Shown piece after piece: positions 43,358 to 53,231 of a DNA stretch of 64,000 nt; position 1 is the first letter of the stretch; the number at the start of each line of letters is the position of its first letter. The translations under genes were made by a program, and so were the position numbers. Where the stretch lies: assembly GCA_964355565.1 (NCBI GenBank), contig CAYHDJ010000002.1, forward strand, positions 2,316-66,315. The letters run 5' to 3'. Source of the stretch: an uncultured Enterobacteriaceae bacterium (GTDB taxonomy: Bacteria; Pseudomonadota; Gammaproteobacteria; UBA6186; Azoamicaceae). The notes beneath the pieces were generated by a model that worked only from the letters and a program-made list of their open reading frames with translations, was not told the DNA's origin and searched no databases.

Positions 43358-44401
43358 ATGTACGTTAATAAAAATTGGAAAATAAATCTTTTAAATTTCC
43401 ACGAAAAATCAATGTTAATTCTATTAAAAATGCTAAAAGAGCATAAATTTCATACAAAGCAAATAATAACATCAATATACAAAAAAGATATTTTTTCTAT
43501 TGATTTAATAAACACTAAAAACACATTAAAAAACAAACTTAAAGCCATTTCAAACATTTTACCACTAAAAATAAAAAAAGAGTATATTGATGATGACAAT
43601 ACCATTAAATGGCTAATTGAAACAAATAATGGCAATTTAATAGAAACGGTTGCAATACCAAATAGCAAAAACCATTTTACAATATGTATATCATCACAAA
43701 TAGGGTGTATCTTGAAGTGCAGTTTTTGCCTAACAGGAAAATATGGTTTCAAAAAAAACTTAAAAACGCATGAAATATTAAGCCAACTACTAATAGCAAA
43801 AAATAAAATAAAACAATTATTCCCAAATAAAACTATAACAAACGTAGTAATGATGGGGATGGGCGAACCACTGTTAAATTTAACAAATGTTATATCATTT
43901 ATATCAATCATTAATAACAAAAACTGTTTAGACATAAGCAAAAAAAAAATAACAATAAGCACTAGCGGAATTACACCAAAAATTGAAATTTTAAACAAAA
44001 ATAAAATACCTTTAGCGGTGTCATTACATGCACCAAACGATTCATTAAGATCCAGTTTAATGCCAATAAATAAAAAATATAAAATAGCAGAGTTATTAAA
44101 TGAATGCAAAAAATACTCAATCAAAAATAGATTAACTATAGAATATATAATGCTTAAAGACATAAATGATTCAAAAACACATGCAATTAAATTAGCTAAT
44201 TTACTAAAAGATATAACATGTAAAATATGTTTAATACCATTTAATAAAATTGAAAACACACCATTTAACTCTACAGATATGGAAAAAATTAAAGATTTTC
44301 AACAAATTTTAAAAAACTATGGATTAATAACAAATATACGAAAAAGAAAAGGACTTAATATAAATGCTGCCTGCGGTCAATTGTCAGGGCTTGCTTGCTA
44401 A
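43358..44401 (+). CDS. rlmN: 23S rRNA m2A2503 methyltransferase RlmN
   Basis: CISSQIGCILKCSFC, MGMGEP, AVSLHAP, AACGQL. Confidence 0.96.
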   Translation: MYVNKNWKINLLNFHEKSMLILLKMLKEHKFHTKQIITSIYKKDIFSIDLINTKNTLKNKLKAISNILPLKIKKEYIDDDNTIKWLIETNNGNLIETVAIPNSKNHFTICISSQIGCILKCSFCLTGKYGFKKNLKTHEILSQLLIAKNKIKQLFPNKTITNVVMMGMGEPLLNLTNVISFISIINNKNCLDISKKKITISTSGITPKIEILNKNKIPLAVSLHAPNDSLRSSLMPINKKYKIAELLNECKKYSIKNRLTIEYIMLKDINDSKTHAIKLANLLKDITCKICLIPFNKIENTPFNSTDMEKIKDFQQILKNYGLITNIRKRKGLNINAACGQLSGLAC

Positions 44402-44425
44402 CAACAATAAAAATAAATATTACTT

Positions 44426-44818
44426 ATGACATACAGAATAAAATTCATACTTAAAAATCTAATATATATAATTATAGTATTTATGCTAATAATAAGTTAT
44501 AAAATGCACTATAAAAAAACTATAACAGAAAATCACTCAATTAATTTTTTTAATATAAAAATAGCAAAAAAAAATTATGATAACACAACATTAAAAAATT
44601 TAGCCAGAAATACAATTAAAAAACAAAACAATAACATATATTACAACATATCATGTATTATTTTATACAAAATTAACAAAAATAAAAATAATTATACTAA
44701 AGCAACGCAGTTCATTGAAAAAATAAAAATAAAAAAAAAGTCTTACAAAAAACTTAAAGAAAAAAAAAATAAACTAAATTTAGAAAAAAAAATAAAAAAT
44801 AAAATTTTAATAACATAA
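44426..44818 (+). CDS. Degenerate membrane-anchored protein, probably YfgM
   Basis: N-terminal TM then helical K/N-rich region; occupies the yfgM position immediately before bamB-der. Called by synteny only. Confidence 0.45.
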   Translation: MTYRIKFILKNLIYIIIVFMLIISYKMHYKKTITENHSINFFNIKIAKKNYDNTTLKNLARNTIKKQNNNIYYNISCIILYKINKNKNNYTKATQFIEKIKIKKKSYKKLKEKKNKLNLEKKIKNKILIT

Positions 44819-44822
44819 ATAT

Positions 44823-45932
44823 ATGAAAAAAAACATTAAAATAAAAATATACCTATCATTATTTATTTCATTAATAACATTGTCGGTTCTTTTTTATAAT
44901 AATTTAACAAAAACAAATATAAAAATAGAAAAACAATCAAAACATTATAAGATAAATAATATAAAAAACATAAATTACATTAGCTTAAAATCAAACGAAC
45001 TAATCTCAACAAAAAACAACATTTTTAAAATAACGCAAAACAAAGTTAAAAAAATAATTATAGACAAAAATTTTAAAATAAATGACATAACACTAAACAA
45101 TAATTTTTTATTGATTAACACACTAAATAATAAAATTATAATAATAAAAAATTCAAAACCACAACTAAAAAAGCACATAAATACATATGGCACAACAACA
45201 TCAAATGTTAAATTAACAAATAATAAAATATTTTTTAATATGAATGATCGTAAAATACTATCGATAAACATAAAAAAAAATAAAATATTATGGCAAACGC
45301 TAACAAATCAAAATAACATTGATATAACTACAGAATCAAAAATTCTTGTATCAAATAACAAGATTTACCAAATAATACCAAATAAAAAAATAATAATTAT
45401 TAAAAAAAAAAATGGTGTAATTTTAACAATAAAAGATATTAAAATAAACACTAATGCACTTCAACATGATTACATCTATAAAAATATTAAAAAAATACAA
45501 ATATACAAAAACACAATATATATCTGCTACTCAGATGGCAATTTTATAGCATTAAATGGCACAAATGGGAAATTTTTATGGCAAAAAACAAAAAAAAATT
45601 ATAAAAATTTTGTTATAAACAAAAATACACTAATAGTATTAAAAAATAATGGCAATTTCACATCATTAAATCCACACTCAGGAAAAAAAAATTGGACAAA
45701 TAGAAGTTTAAATACCCAAATTATTGAATCAGCATCAATAAACAAAAAAAATATGATAATGATAAACAAAGCAGGCACCATACACATTATAAATAATTCT
45801 ACTGGATACATAACTAAAAGTATTAAAATAAACAAATATAATATCAAAACTTCTTTTTTAAAAAAAAATGTTCTAATTCTTATAAAGAAAAATGGTAATC
45901 TAATTAAATTAACAAAAAATAAAGATAAATGA
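44823..45932 (+). CDS. bamB: Degenerate PQQ-repeat beta-propeller, probably BamB
   Basis: PQQ-like repeats DGNFIALNGTNGKFLWQ and NGNFTSLNPHSGKKNW; immediately upstream of der. Confidence 0.72.
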   Translation: MKKNIKIKIYLSLFISLITLSVLFYNNLTKTNIKIEKQSKHYKINNIKNINYISLKSNELISTKNNIFKITQNKVKKIIIDKNFKINDITLNNNFLLINTLNNKIIIIKNSKPQLKKHINTYGTTTSNVKLTNNKIFFNMNDRKILSINIKKNKILWQTLTNQNNIDITTESKILVSNNKIYQIIPNKKIIIIKKKNGVILTIKDIKINTNALQHDYIYKNIKKIQIYKNTIYICYSDGNFIALNGTNGKFLWQKTKKNYKNFVINKNTLIVLKNNGNFTSLNPHSGKKNWTNRSLNTQIIESASINKKNMIMINKAGTIHIINNSTGYITKSIKINKYNIKTSFLKKNVLILIKKNGNLIKLTKNKDK

Positions 45933-47179
45933 ATAAAATAGTAATAATAGGTAAAAAAAACGTAGGGAAATCATCACTGTTTAATTTAATTACAAAAAAA
46001 ACACAAGCTACAATAATAAATTACCATGGATATACAAGAGACTGCATATCTGACGAAGTAAAAATTAAATCAAAAACTTTTAACATAATAGACACAGCCG
46101 GTATAGGTCATGAAAAAACAGACTTAGATTACAAAACAATTAAAAAGACATGGGAATGCATAAAAGAAGCAGATATAATTATTTTTATAATAAATGCAGA
46201 AGATAAATCTGACAAAATTAATATTAATATATTAAAGATAATAAGAAAAATTAAAAAACACATAATATATGTAATAAACAAAATAGATCTTGTCGCAGAA
46301 TCGCAAATAAATTTGATAAAAACAGACCTGAAAATAGAAACACCGTTACTTTTATCAATTAAAAAAAATATCGGAATATCAACATTACTGGATCATATAG
46401 AAATTATTTCAGATTACAAACAATCTATTAGAACAGATCATAAAAATATAACAAATATAGCAATAATTGGTAGACAAAACGTAGGCAAATCAACACTAGT
46501 AAACAAAATCAGCAAAACTGAAAAACTAATAATAGATAATACTCCAGGAACCACACGAGACTCAATAAAAATAACAACTGATATTAAAAATACAAAATAC
46601 AATATAATTGACACTCCAGGAATTAAAAAACAAACAAATACTTTATCAAATATAGAAAAAATTTCTAATAAAAACACTTTGGATACAATAAAGTTTTGCG
46701 ATCTTGCTATAATAGTGACAGATATAAATAATGTAATAACAACACAAGATCAAGCCATCCAAGCATATGTAAAAAACAACAACAAAAACACACTAATAAT
46801 AATTAATAAATCAGACACTATTAAAAAAATAGAAATTAAAAAAATAAGTACGCATCTAAAAAATACAATTAAAAACATAGAATATATATTTGTATCAGCA
46901 AAATACAATTTTGGAGTAGAAAATATACTAAGATCCATAGGTAATATTAAAAGCTATCAAAAGACATATATAACTAATGAAACAATTAAAAATACAGAAA
47001 AAATTTTATATAAAGAAGAAATTAAAAAAATAACACTAAGTAAATACATACCGTTAACTATACACATTGAACTAATAAATAAAACAAAAACAAATAATTA
47101 TAAAAAAAAATATATAATTGGCACAATAATAAAGAAATTAAAACTCAAAAACATTTCAACAAAAATAATATTTAAATAA
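45929..47179 (+). CDS. der: Ribosome biogenesis GTPase Der (EngA)
   Basis: Tandem G domains: GKKNVGKS..TRD..DTAG..NKID and GRQNVGKS..PGTTRD..DTPG..NKSD. Confidence 0.94.
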   Translation: MNKIVIIGKKNVGKSSLFNLITKKTQATIINYHGYTRDCISDEVKIKSKTFNIIDTAGIGHEKTDLDYKTIKKTWECIKEADIIIFIINAEDKSDKININILKIIRKIKKHIIYVINKIDLVAESQINLIKTDLKIETPLLLSIKKNIGISTLLDHIEIISDYKQSIRTDHKNITNIAIIGRQNVGKSTLVNKISKTEKLIIDNTPGTTRDSIKITTDIKNTKYNIIDTPGIKKQTNTLSNIEKISNKNTLDTIKFCDLAIIVTDINNVITTQDQAIQAYVKNNNKNTLIIINKSDTIKKIEIKKISTHLKNTIKNIEYIFVSAKYNFGVENILRSIGNIKSYQKTYITNETIKNTEKILYKEEIKKITLSKYIPLTIHIELINKTKTNNYKKKYIIGTIIKKLKLKNISTKIIFK

Positions 47180-47188
47180 GGCAACTAT

Positions 47189-47929
47189 ATGATTAAAAAC
47201 ATAATATGTATACTAATCACACTAACACTTCTCATAACTACTGCGCAGGCTAAGGATTATAATACAAAAACAACTTATTTTATAGCAAAAAAATTATTTA
47301 GTGAAAAAAACTTCGAAAAATCAGAATTTTTGCTAAAAAAAATAATATCAGAAAATAGCATAGAAAACAAATACACTCAAAAATCAAAAATATTAATAAC
47401 ACTTTTACAATATAAAATAAAAAATATTGAACTAGCTAAAAACAATATAATAATTCTATCAAAAAATTATAAACAACATAAAGAATATGATACAATTCTT
47501 TATTTAAAAGCCATAATATATTTTAATTTAAATAATAATTACATACAAAAAATTCTTGGAATAAAAAAGTACAATCATGACCAAACATTTCAATACAAAG
47601 CTGTATCAGCTTTAAAAAAAATTAAAAACACAGAAATGTTTTCAAAAAAAATTAAAAATAACATCAAAACAATAAAAAATCAAATAAATATGCATAAGAT
47701 AAATATATCATACTTTTATTTTAAAAAAAAAGCATACATAGCAACAATAAAACGGTTGACATTATTAGATAAAAAAATAAAAATTAAAAACAAAACTGAC
47801 TATCAAAATTTTTATTTACTACTAAAATCGTATAATGAACTTTTTTTAGATAAAATATCAGAAAAAACATTAACTTATTTAAAAAATTATGATAACATTA
47901 AATCAAGTAGTAATTTGCTTAATCAATAA
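47189..47929 (+). CDS. bamD: Degenerate TPR protein, probably BamD
   Basis: Signal peptide; BamD-like pattern Y..AK..F...NF, Y..H.EYD.ILYLKA, DQ, H.I.IS.FY.KKKAYIA...R, L..SY..L. Confidence 0.7.
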   Translation: MIKNIICILITLTLLITTAQAKDYNTKTTYFIAKKLFSEKNFEKSEFLLKKIISENSIENKYTQKSKILITLLQYKIKNIELAKNNIIILSKNYKQHKEYDTILYLKAIIYFNLNNNYIQKILGIKKYNHDQTFQYKAVSALKKIKNTEMFSKKIKNNIKTIKNQINMHKINISYFYFKKKAYIATIKRLTLLDKKIKIKNKTDYQNFYLLLKSYNELFLDKISEKTLTYLKNYDNIKSSSNLLNQ

Positions 47930-48019
47930 TACATTAAAAAACTAAAACTCCGACAGGACTGGAAAGTAGCATCGGTAATAGTAATACAATGATATTACAC
48001 TGGTCAGTAAATTACTACC
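47906..48019 (+). ncRNA. ffs: Signal recognition particle RNA (4.5S)
   Basis: Domain IV CCGA-CAGG-ACT-GGAA-AGT-AGCA-TCGG; terminal stem GTAGTAATTTGCT (47907-19) with AGTAAATTACTAC (48006-18); upstream of dnaX. Confidence 0.9.
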
Positions 48020-48023
48020 TAAT

Positions 48024-49097
48024 ATGCAATACAAAATACTAGCAAACAAATGGCGTCCAAAAAGTCTAAATGAAATTATTGGACAAGATCATATAATCTT
48101 TATAATAAAAAATATAATTAAAGACAAAAACATCCACCACTCATATATAATTAGCGGACCACAAGGTTCAGGAAAAACTACACTAGCACGAATAATAACA
48201 AAATGTTTAAACTGTGAAACACAAACAACAATAACGCCATGTAATATATGTTACTGTTGCCAAACTATAGACAAAAATCAAAATTACGATTCCATTGAAA
48301 TAGATGCAGCATCAAAAACAAAAATAGAAGACATAAAAGATATAATAGATTTATCAAAGTATAAAAACTCAAACAACAGATACAAAACATACATCATAGA
48401 CGAATGCCACATGCTTTCTCAAAGCAGTTTTAACTACCTATTGAAAGTACTAGAGGAACCACTAGAAAACACAATATACATATTAGTAACTACACAAATA
48501 GAAAAAATACCTCAAACTATAATATCACGATGTATAGATCTTCAACTTAAAAAAATATCAAACAGAAATATAAAAACCAGATTAAAAAACATACTAGACA
48601 AAGAAAAAATAACATATGATAATAATTCACTAGAATATATATCACTGTTTTCCAATGGAAGTTTAAGACAAGCTATAAACACATTAGAAAAAATAATAAA
48701 TCTAAAAGAAAAAATCATAACACTTCAAAACACAAAAAATGCACTAGGAATCTTATCAGAATTAAATGTACTTTTTATAATAAAAAGCATACATGACCAC
48801 GATACAAAAAATCTAATAAAAAATATAAAACAATTAATTAAAAAATACATAGATTACAAAAACTTATTAACGCAAATACAACTAATCCTATATAAAATAC
48901 TCTTACACAAAATAAGAATAAACTATGACAAAATGTTATCCAAATATAACATATTTATATATTTATCACAAAAACTAACAAAAGATGATATAATTAGCAT
49001 GTACATTACACTAATAAAAATACAAACAGAGTATATAATTATAAATGATTTAGATTTTGAAATAATACTAATTAATTTATCACTAATAATTAAATGA
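48024..49097 (+). CDS. dnaX: DNA polymerase III clamp loader subunit DnaX (gamma-length, 357 aa)
   Basis: LANKWRP, GSGKTT, zinc Cys cluster, EIDAAS, IIDECHML, LLKVLEEP, SRC. Confidence 0.96.
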   Translation: MQYKILANKWRPKSLNEIIGQDHIIFIIKNIIKDKNIHHSYIISGPQGSGKTTLARIITKCLNCETQTTITPCNICYCCQTIDKNQNYDSIEIDAASKTKIEDIKDIIDLSKYKNSNNRYKTYIIDECHMLSQSSFNYLLKVLEEPLENTIYILVTTQIEKIPQTIISRCIDLQLKKISNRNIKTRLKNILDKEKITYDNNSLEYISLFSNGSLRQAINTLEKIINLKEKIITLQNTKNALGILSELNVLFIIKSIHDHDTKNLIKNIKQLIKKYIDYKNLLTQIQLILYKILLHKIRINYDKMLSKYNIFIYLSQKLTKDDIISMYITLIKIQTEYIIINDLDFEIILINLSLIIK

Positions 49098-49121
49098 AGC
49101 TGGCATTATAAATGCCAGCTT
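49097..49121. terminator. Hairpin between convergent dnaX and groEL (probable bidirectional terminator)
   Basis: AAGCTGGCATT-ATA-AATGCCAGCTT, a perfect 11-bp stem. Confidence 0.75.
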
Positions 49122-49128
49122 TAATAAA

Positions 49129-50766
49129 TCACATCATATTCATAGAATTCATATTATCATTATGAGATCCAGCACCATTTTTATCAGACTTTGGAGCTTC
49201 AGCTATCGCACATTCAGTCGTAATCATCAAACCAGCTATAGAACCTGCATGCTCTAATGCACATTTTGATACCTTGGTAGGATCCAATATACCAAACTCT
49301 ACCATATCTCCATATTTCTCTAGAGCAGCATTAAACCCATAATTACCACTTCCATTTTTAACATTTTCTAAAACAACTGCTGGTTCAAATCCAGCATTTG
49401 ATGCTATTTGTCGTAATGGAGATTCTAATGCTCTCAAAACTATTTTAACACCATGCACTTGATCTTCGTTATCACATTTTATATCACTTAACTTATCCAT
49501 AACCCTTATATATGCCACACCTCCACCAGGTAACATACCTTCTTCTACAGCCGCCCTAGTTGCATGTAAAGCGTCCTCCACCCTAGCTTTCTTTTCTTTC
49601 ATTTCAACTTCAGTATAAGCCCCAACCTTTATTACAGCCACTCCGCCAGATAATTTTGCTGCTCTTTCTTGTAACTTCTCTTTATCATAATCACTAGTAG
49701 CTTCATCACGTTGTTTCTCTATTTGTTTTATTCTATCCCTTATAGCACTAACTTTGCCAGCACCATCTATTATGGTAGTATTATCCTTAGTAATAACAAC
49801 TCTCTTTGCCAAACCTAAATCTTCTAATTTAACTGAGTCTAAAGATATGCCAAGTTCATCAGATACAACTACTGTATTAGTAAGAATAGCAATATCCTCT
49901 AGAATAGCCTTTCTTCTATCACCAAAACCAGGCGCTTTAACAGCACAAGACTTTACAATACCTCTTATATTATTAACAACTAAGGTAGCCAAAGCCTCTC
50001 CCTCTACATCTTCCATTATAATAAACAAAGACTTACCAGTCTTAGCAATACCTTCTAACACAGGCACCATATCTCTTATACTTGCTATTTTTTTATCAAC
50101 TATTAATATATAAGGATTATCTAACTCACAACTCATATTACGTTGATTATTAACAAAATGTGGAGACACATAACCTTTATCAAACTGCATTCCATCAACT
50201 ACCTGTAATTCATTCTCTAAACTATTACCTTCTTCAACAGTTATAACACCCTCTTTACCAACTTTGGACATAGCTTTAGATATAATTTCTCCAATTTCAA
50301 AATCAGAATTAGCAGAAATAGCCCCAATTTGCATAATATCTTTATCTGTTAAACAAGGAATGGACATTTTTTTCAACTCTTTTACACAAACTGCTATAGC
50401 CTTATCTATCCCGCGTTTTAAATCCATTGGATTCATTCCAGCCGCCACACACTTATTGCCCTCAATAGCTATACTTTTAGCTAAAACTGTAGCTGTAGTA
50501 GTTCCATCTCCAGCAATGTCAGAAGTCTGAGATGCTACTTCCTTAACCATTTGAGCTCCCATATTAACAAATCTATCTTCTAACTCTATTTCTTTAGCTA
50601 CAGTAACACCATCTTTAGTCACAGTTGGAGACCCAAAAGGTTTCTCTATTATAACATTTCTTCCACAAGGGCCTAAAGTTTTTTGCACAACATTAGCCAA
50701 AATAATAACCCCTTCTAGCAATTTTTGACGCGCGCTTTCGCCATATTTAATATCTTTAACACCCAT
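49129..50766 (-). CDS. groL: Chaperonin GroEL
   Basis: [47 protein letters not shown]. Confidence 0.99.
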   Translation of the reverse strand: MGVKDIKYGESARQKLLEGVIILANVVQKTLGPCGRNVIIEKPFGSPTVTKDGVTVAKEIELEDRFVNMGAQMVKEVASQTSDIAGDGTTTATVLAKSIAIEGNKCVAAGMNPMDLKRGIDKAIAVCVKELKKMSIPCLTDKDIMQIGAISANSDFEIGEIISKAMSKVGKEGVITVEEGNSLENELQVVDGMQFDKGYVSPHFVNNQRNMSCELDNPYILIVDKKIASIRDMVPVLEGIAKTGKSLFIIMEDVEGEALATLVVNNIRGIVKSCAVKAPGFGDRRKAILEDIAILTNTVVVSDELGISLDSVKLEDLGLAKRVVITKDNTTIIDGAGKVSAIRDRIKQIEKQRDEATSDYDKEKLQERAAKLSGGVAVIKVGAYTEVEMKEKKARVEDALHATRAAVEEGMLPGGGVAYIRVMDKLSDIKCDNEDQVHGVKIVLRALESPLRQIASNAGFEPAVVLENVKNGSGNYGFNAALEKYGDMVEFGILDPTKVSKCALEHAGSIAGLMITTECAIAEAPKSDKNGAGSHNDNMNSMNMM

Positions 50767-50779
50767 TTTTTTTTACTCC

Positions 50780-51073
50780 TTAATCCACAACTGCAATAAT
50801 ATCATCTTCTTTTATAATTAAATAATCTCTACCCTTAATAGTAATATCTGTTCCAACATATTTACCAAAAATAACATGATCATTGCACTTCAAAGTAAGC
50901 TTTTGAACTTTACCATCCACAACTTTGCCAGGACCAATAGCAACAACAACGCCTTTTTGAGATTTATCAACAACAGTTTCAGGTATAATTATTCCACCTT
51001 CTGTAGTACGTTCATCTATTCGTTTTATAACAACCCTATCAGCTAAAGGACGAATACCTATGTCATTGTCCAT
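50780..51073 (-). CDS. groS: Co-chaperonin GroES
   Basis: IRPLADRVVIKR, TEGGIIIP, GVVVAIGPG, EDDIIAVV. Confidence 0.97.
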   Translation of the reverse strand: MDNDIGIRPLADRVVIKRIDERTTEGGIIIPETVVDKSQKGVVVAIGPGKVVDGKVQKLTLKCNDHVIFGKYVGTDITIKGRDYLIIKEDDIIAVVD

Positions 51074-51137
51074 ATAAAACTCCAAAAATAAAAATTACTA
51101 TTGATTATATATATGTAGTCACTTTATTATTAATCAA

Positions 51138-51386
51138 GTGCCATCAACAAAAAAAAACATAATGTTAATAACATACATTAAATCAAAAGATATAATAGAA
51201 AAAATATCACTACATACATTAAAAATATATAACAAAAAAATAATTATACAAAAAAACATATCCACGCTGTTCATAAATAAAAAACACATATGTAAAGAAA
51301 AAACAAACAAACTAATATTACATACAAATAAAAAATTAATTTCTGAATTTAAAACAAACTATTTTTTAATAAAATCAAAAAAATAA
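51138..51386 (+). CDS. Hypothetical 82-aa ORF, possibly an eroded CutA remnant
   Basis: Fills the gap divergent from groES; weak pattern similarity to CutA (see findings). Confidence 0.3.
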   Translation: MPSTKKNIMLITYIKSKDIIEKISLHTLKIYNKKIIIQKNISTLFINKKHICKEKTNKLILHTNKKLISEFKTNYFLIKSKK

Positions 51387-52192
51387 AAAGCAAAAACGCT
51401 TTTATCCAGACTAGATGAAAAAAAAATAAAGTTATAAAAACCATCTTTATTAATTAAATCTTCCAATAAACAATTATTCATATTAAAATTATTTAATAAT
51501 TGATCTTTAAACCCACTTAACAATACAACAAACTCACCTTTAAAATACTGTTTATAAAAATCAATAAATTCAAAATTAAAATCACCCAATTTAAAAGATA
51601 TAACAAACTCAAATTTTTTAGTTAAGTCCTTAGCTATAAAGATTAATCTATCTAAACTAAATATCTCTTTCATTAAAAATATAGTTGCTATTAATCTATC
51701 AGCAGATTCAAAAAATATACATACACGCTCTTCATACAAATTTTTTTTAAAATAAATTTTTTTATACAACTCTTTTTTTGGCAAAAATCCATCAAATGTA
51801 AACTTGTTAACAGCAAAACTAGAAACAGAAACAACAGTAGCAACAATTGATGCACCTGGAATAGGTACAACTTTAAATCCATTAACATATGCGCTATTAA
51901 CAAAAAAATAACCAGGATCACTAATACCAGGTGTTCCAGCATCAGAAACAATAGCGCAAGAAAAACCATTAGTTAACTGATTAATTAAAAAATCAGCAAT
52001 ATATTGTTCATTATTATGACTAATAGATATAATTTTATTTCTAAAATTTAAAAAAGATAAAATAAAGCAGATTTTTCTAGAATCTTCTGCTATAATGAAA
52101 TCAACGTTCTTAAGGACAAAAATAGCTCTACTTGAAAAATCAAAAATATTACCTATAGGAACACCAACAACATACAAAACACCAGTTAACAT
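51359..52192 (-). CDS. rsmI: 16S rRNA C1402 2'-O-methyltransferase RsmI
   Basis: LYVVGVPIGN..D.S.RA, AEDSR, VSDAGTPGISDPG, PIPGAS, FDGFLP, FFES; start moved to 52192. Confidence 0.93.
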   Translation of the reverse strand: MLTGVLYVVGVPIGNIFDFSSRAIFVLKNVDFIIAEDSRKICFILSFLNFRNKIISISHNNEQYIADFLINQLTNGFSCAIVSDAGTPGISDPGYFFVNSAYVNGFKVVPIPGASIVATVVSVSSFAVNKFTFDGFLPKKELYKKIYFKKNLYEERVCIFFESADRLIATIFLMKEIFSLDRLIFIAKDLTKKFEFVISFKLGDFNFEFIDFYKQYFKGEFVVLLSGFKDQLLNNFNMNNCLLEDLINKDGFYNFIFFSSSLDKSVFAFYFFDFIKK

Positions 52193-52235
52193 ACAAAATA
52201 ACCTTAAAATAATATTAAATTCTACAAAAAATAAT

Positions 52236-52559
52236 ATGAATAAAAATATAAACAAAAAATTAATACATAAACACATCACCACTATATTAACAGACCTAAC
52301 TCATAATATAAAGAATAATCTGATAACAGTCACAAATATAAAAATATCAAAAAATTTTGATAACTTAATAATATATTTATCTATACTTAAAAATAAAAGC
52401 GAAATATTAAAACAACTAAATAGATCTTCAAATTATATAAAATATAATTTAGCAACAAAACTGAACAAATACAAAATACCAAAAATAATATTGACATTAG
52501 ATGAATCAATAGAATACGAAAATGAAATAGACGCATTAATTAAAAAAATTCAAAAATGA
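52236..52559 (+). CDS. rbfA: Ribosome-binding factor A (diverged)
   Basis: ITVTNIKISKNF..LIIY, L....YIK..LA.KL..YKIPKI....DESIE; directly before truB; ATG at 52236. Confidence 0.78.
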   Translation: MNKNINKKLIHKHITTILTDLTHNIKNNLITVTNIKISKNFDNLIIYLSILKNKSEILKQLNRSSNYIKYNLATKLNKYKIPKIILTLDESIEYENEIDALIKKIQK

Positions 52560-53230
52560 ATATACACGGTATTTTATTGATCAACAAACCAATCAATATA
52601 ACATCCAACAAAACAATACAAATAATAAAAAATAAATTTAAAATCAAAAAACTTGGTCATTGCGGTACATTAGACCCATCAGCATCCGGATTACTTATTG
52701 TTTGTATAGGAAATAAAACAAAAAAAATAAATAATATTATTTTATATAAAAAAACATACATAATAACAGCATTAATAGGTATAAAATCTAAATCAAACGA
52801 TTTAGAAGACAAGATAACATTTTTTCAAAACAAAACAAAAAAAATAACATCACGCAAAATAAAAACACAATTGAACAATATAAAAAACCAACAAACCCAA
52901 ATACCATCAATATTTTCATCAATAAAACACAATGGAATGAAACTATACCAATTTGCTAGACTAGAAATAAACATAAAAACAAAAAAAAGACCTACAAAAA
53001 TATACAATATAATTCTAATTAAAAATACACACAACTTAATAACATTAAAAATAAAATGTAGCCATGGAGTATACATGAGAACAATAATAGACACATTAAG
53101 TGCATACATAAAACAACCAATATGCACATTAAAAATAGAAAGACTGATAATTCAAAAATATAACATCCTAAAATCGTATAACATATCAAAAAAAACTAAT
53201 ATACATATACAACACCTTTTACTAAAATAA
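52556..53230 (+). CDS. truB: tRNA pseudouridine-55 synthase (no PUA domain)
   Basis: GILLINKP...TSN, GHCGTLDP.ASGLL, Q.P..FSSIK..G..LY..AR, CSHGVYMR. Confidence 0.93.
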   Translation: MNIHGILLINKPINITSNKTIQIIKNKFKIKKLGHCGTLDPSASGLLIVCIGNKTKKINNIILYKKTYIITALIGIKSKSNDLEDKITFFQNKTKKITSRKIKTQLNNIKNQQTQIPSIFSSIKHNGMKLYQFARLEINIKTKKRPTKIYNIILIKNTHNLITLKIKCSHGVYMRTIIDTLSAYIKQPICTLKIERLIIQKYNILKSYNISKKTNIHIQHLLLK

Positions 53231-53231
53231 C

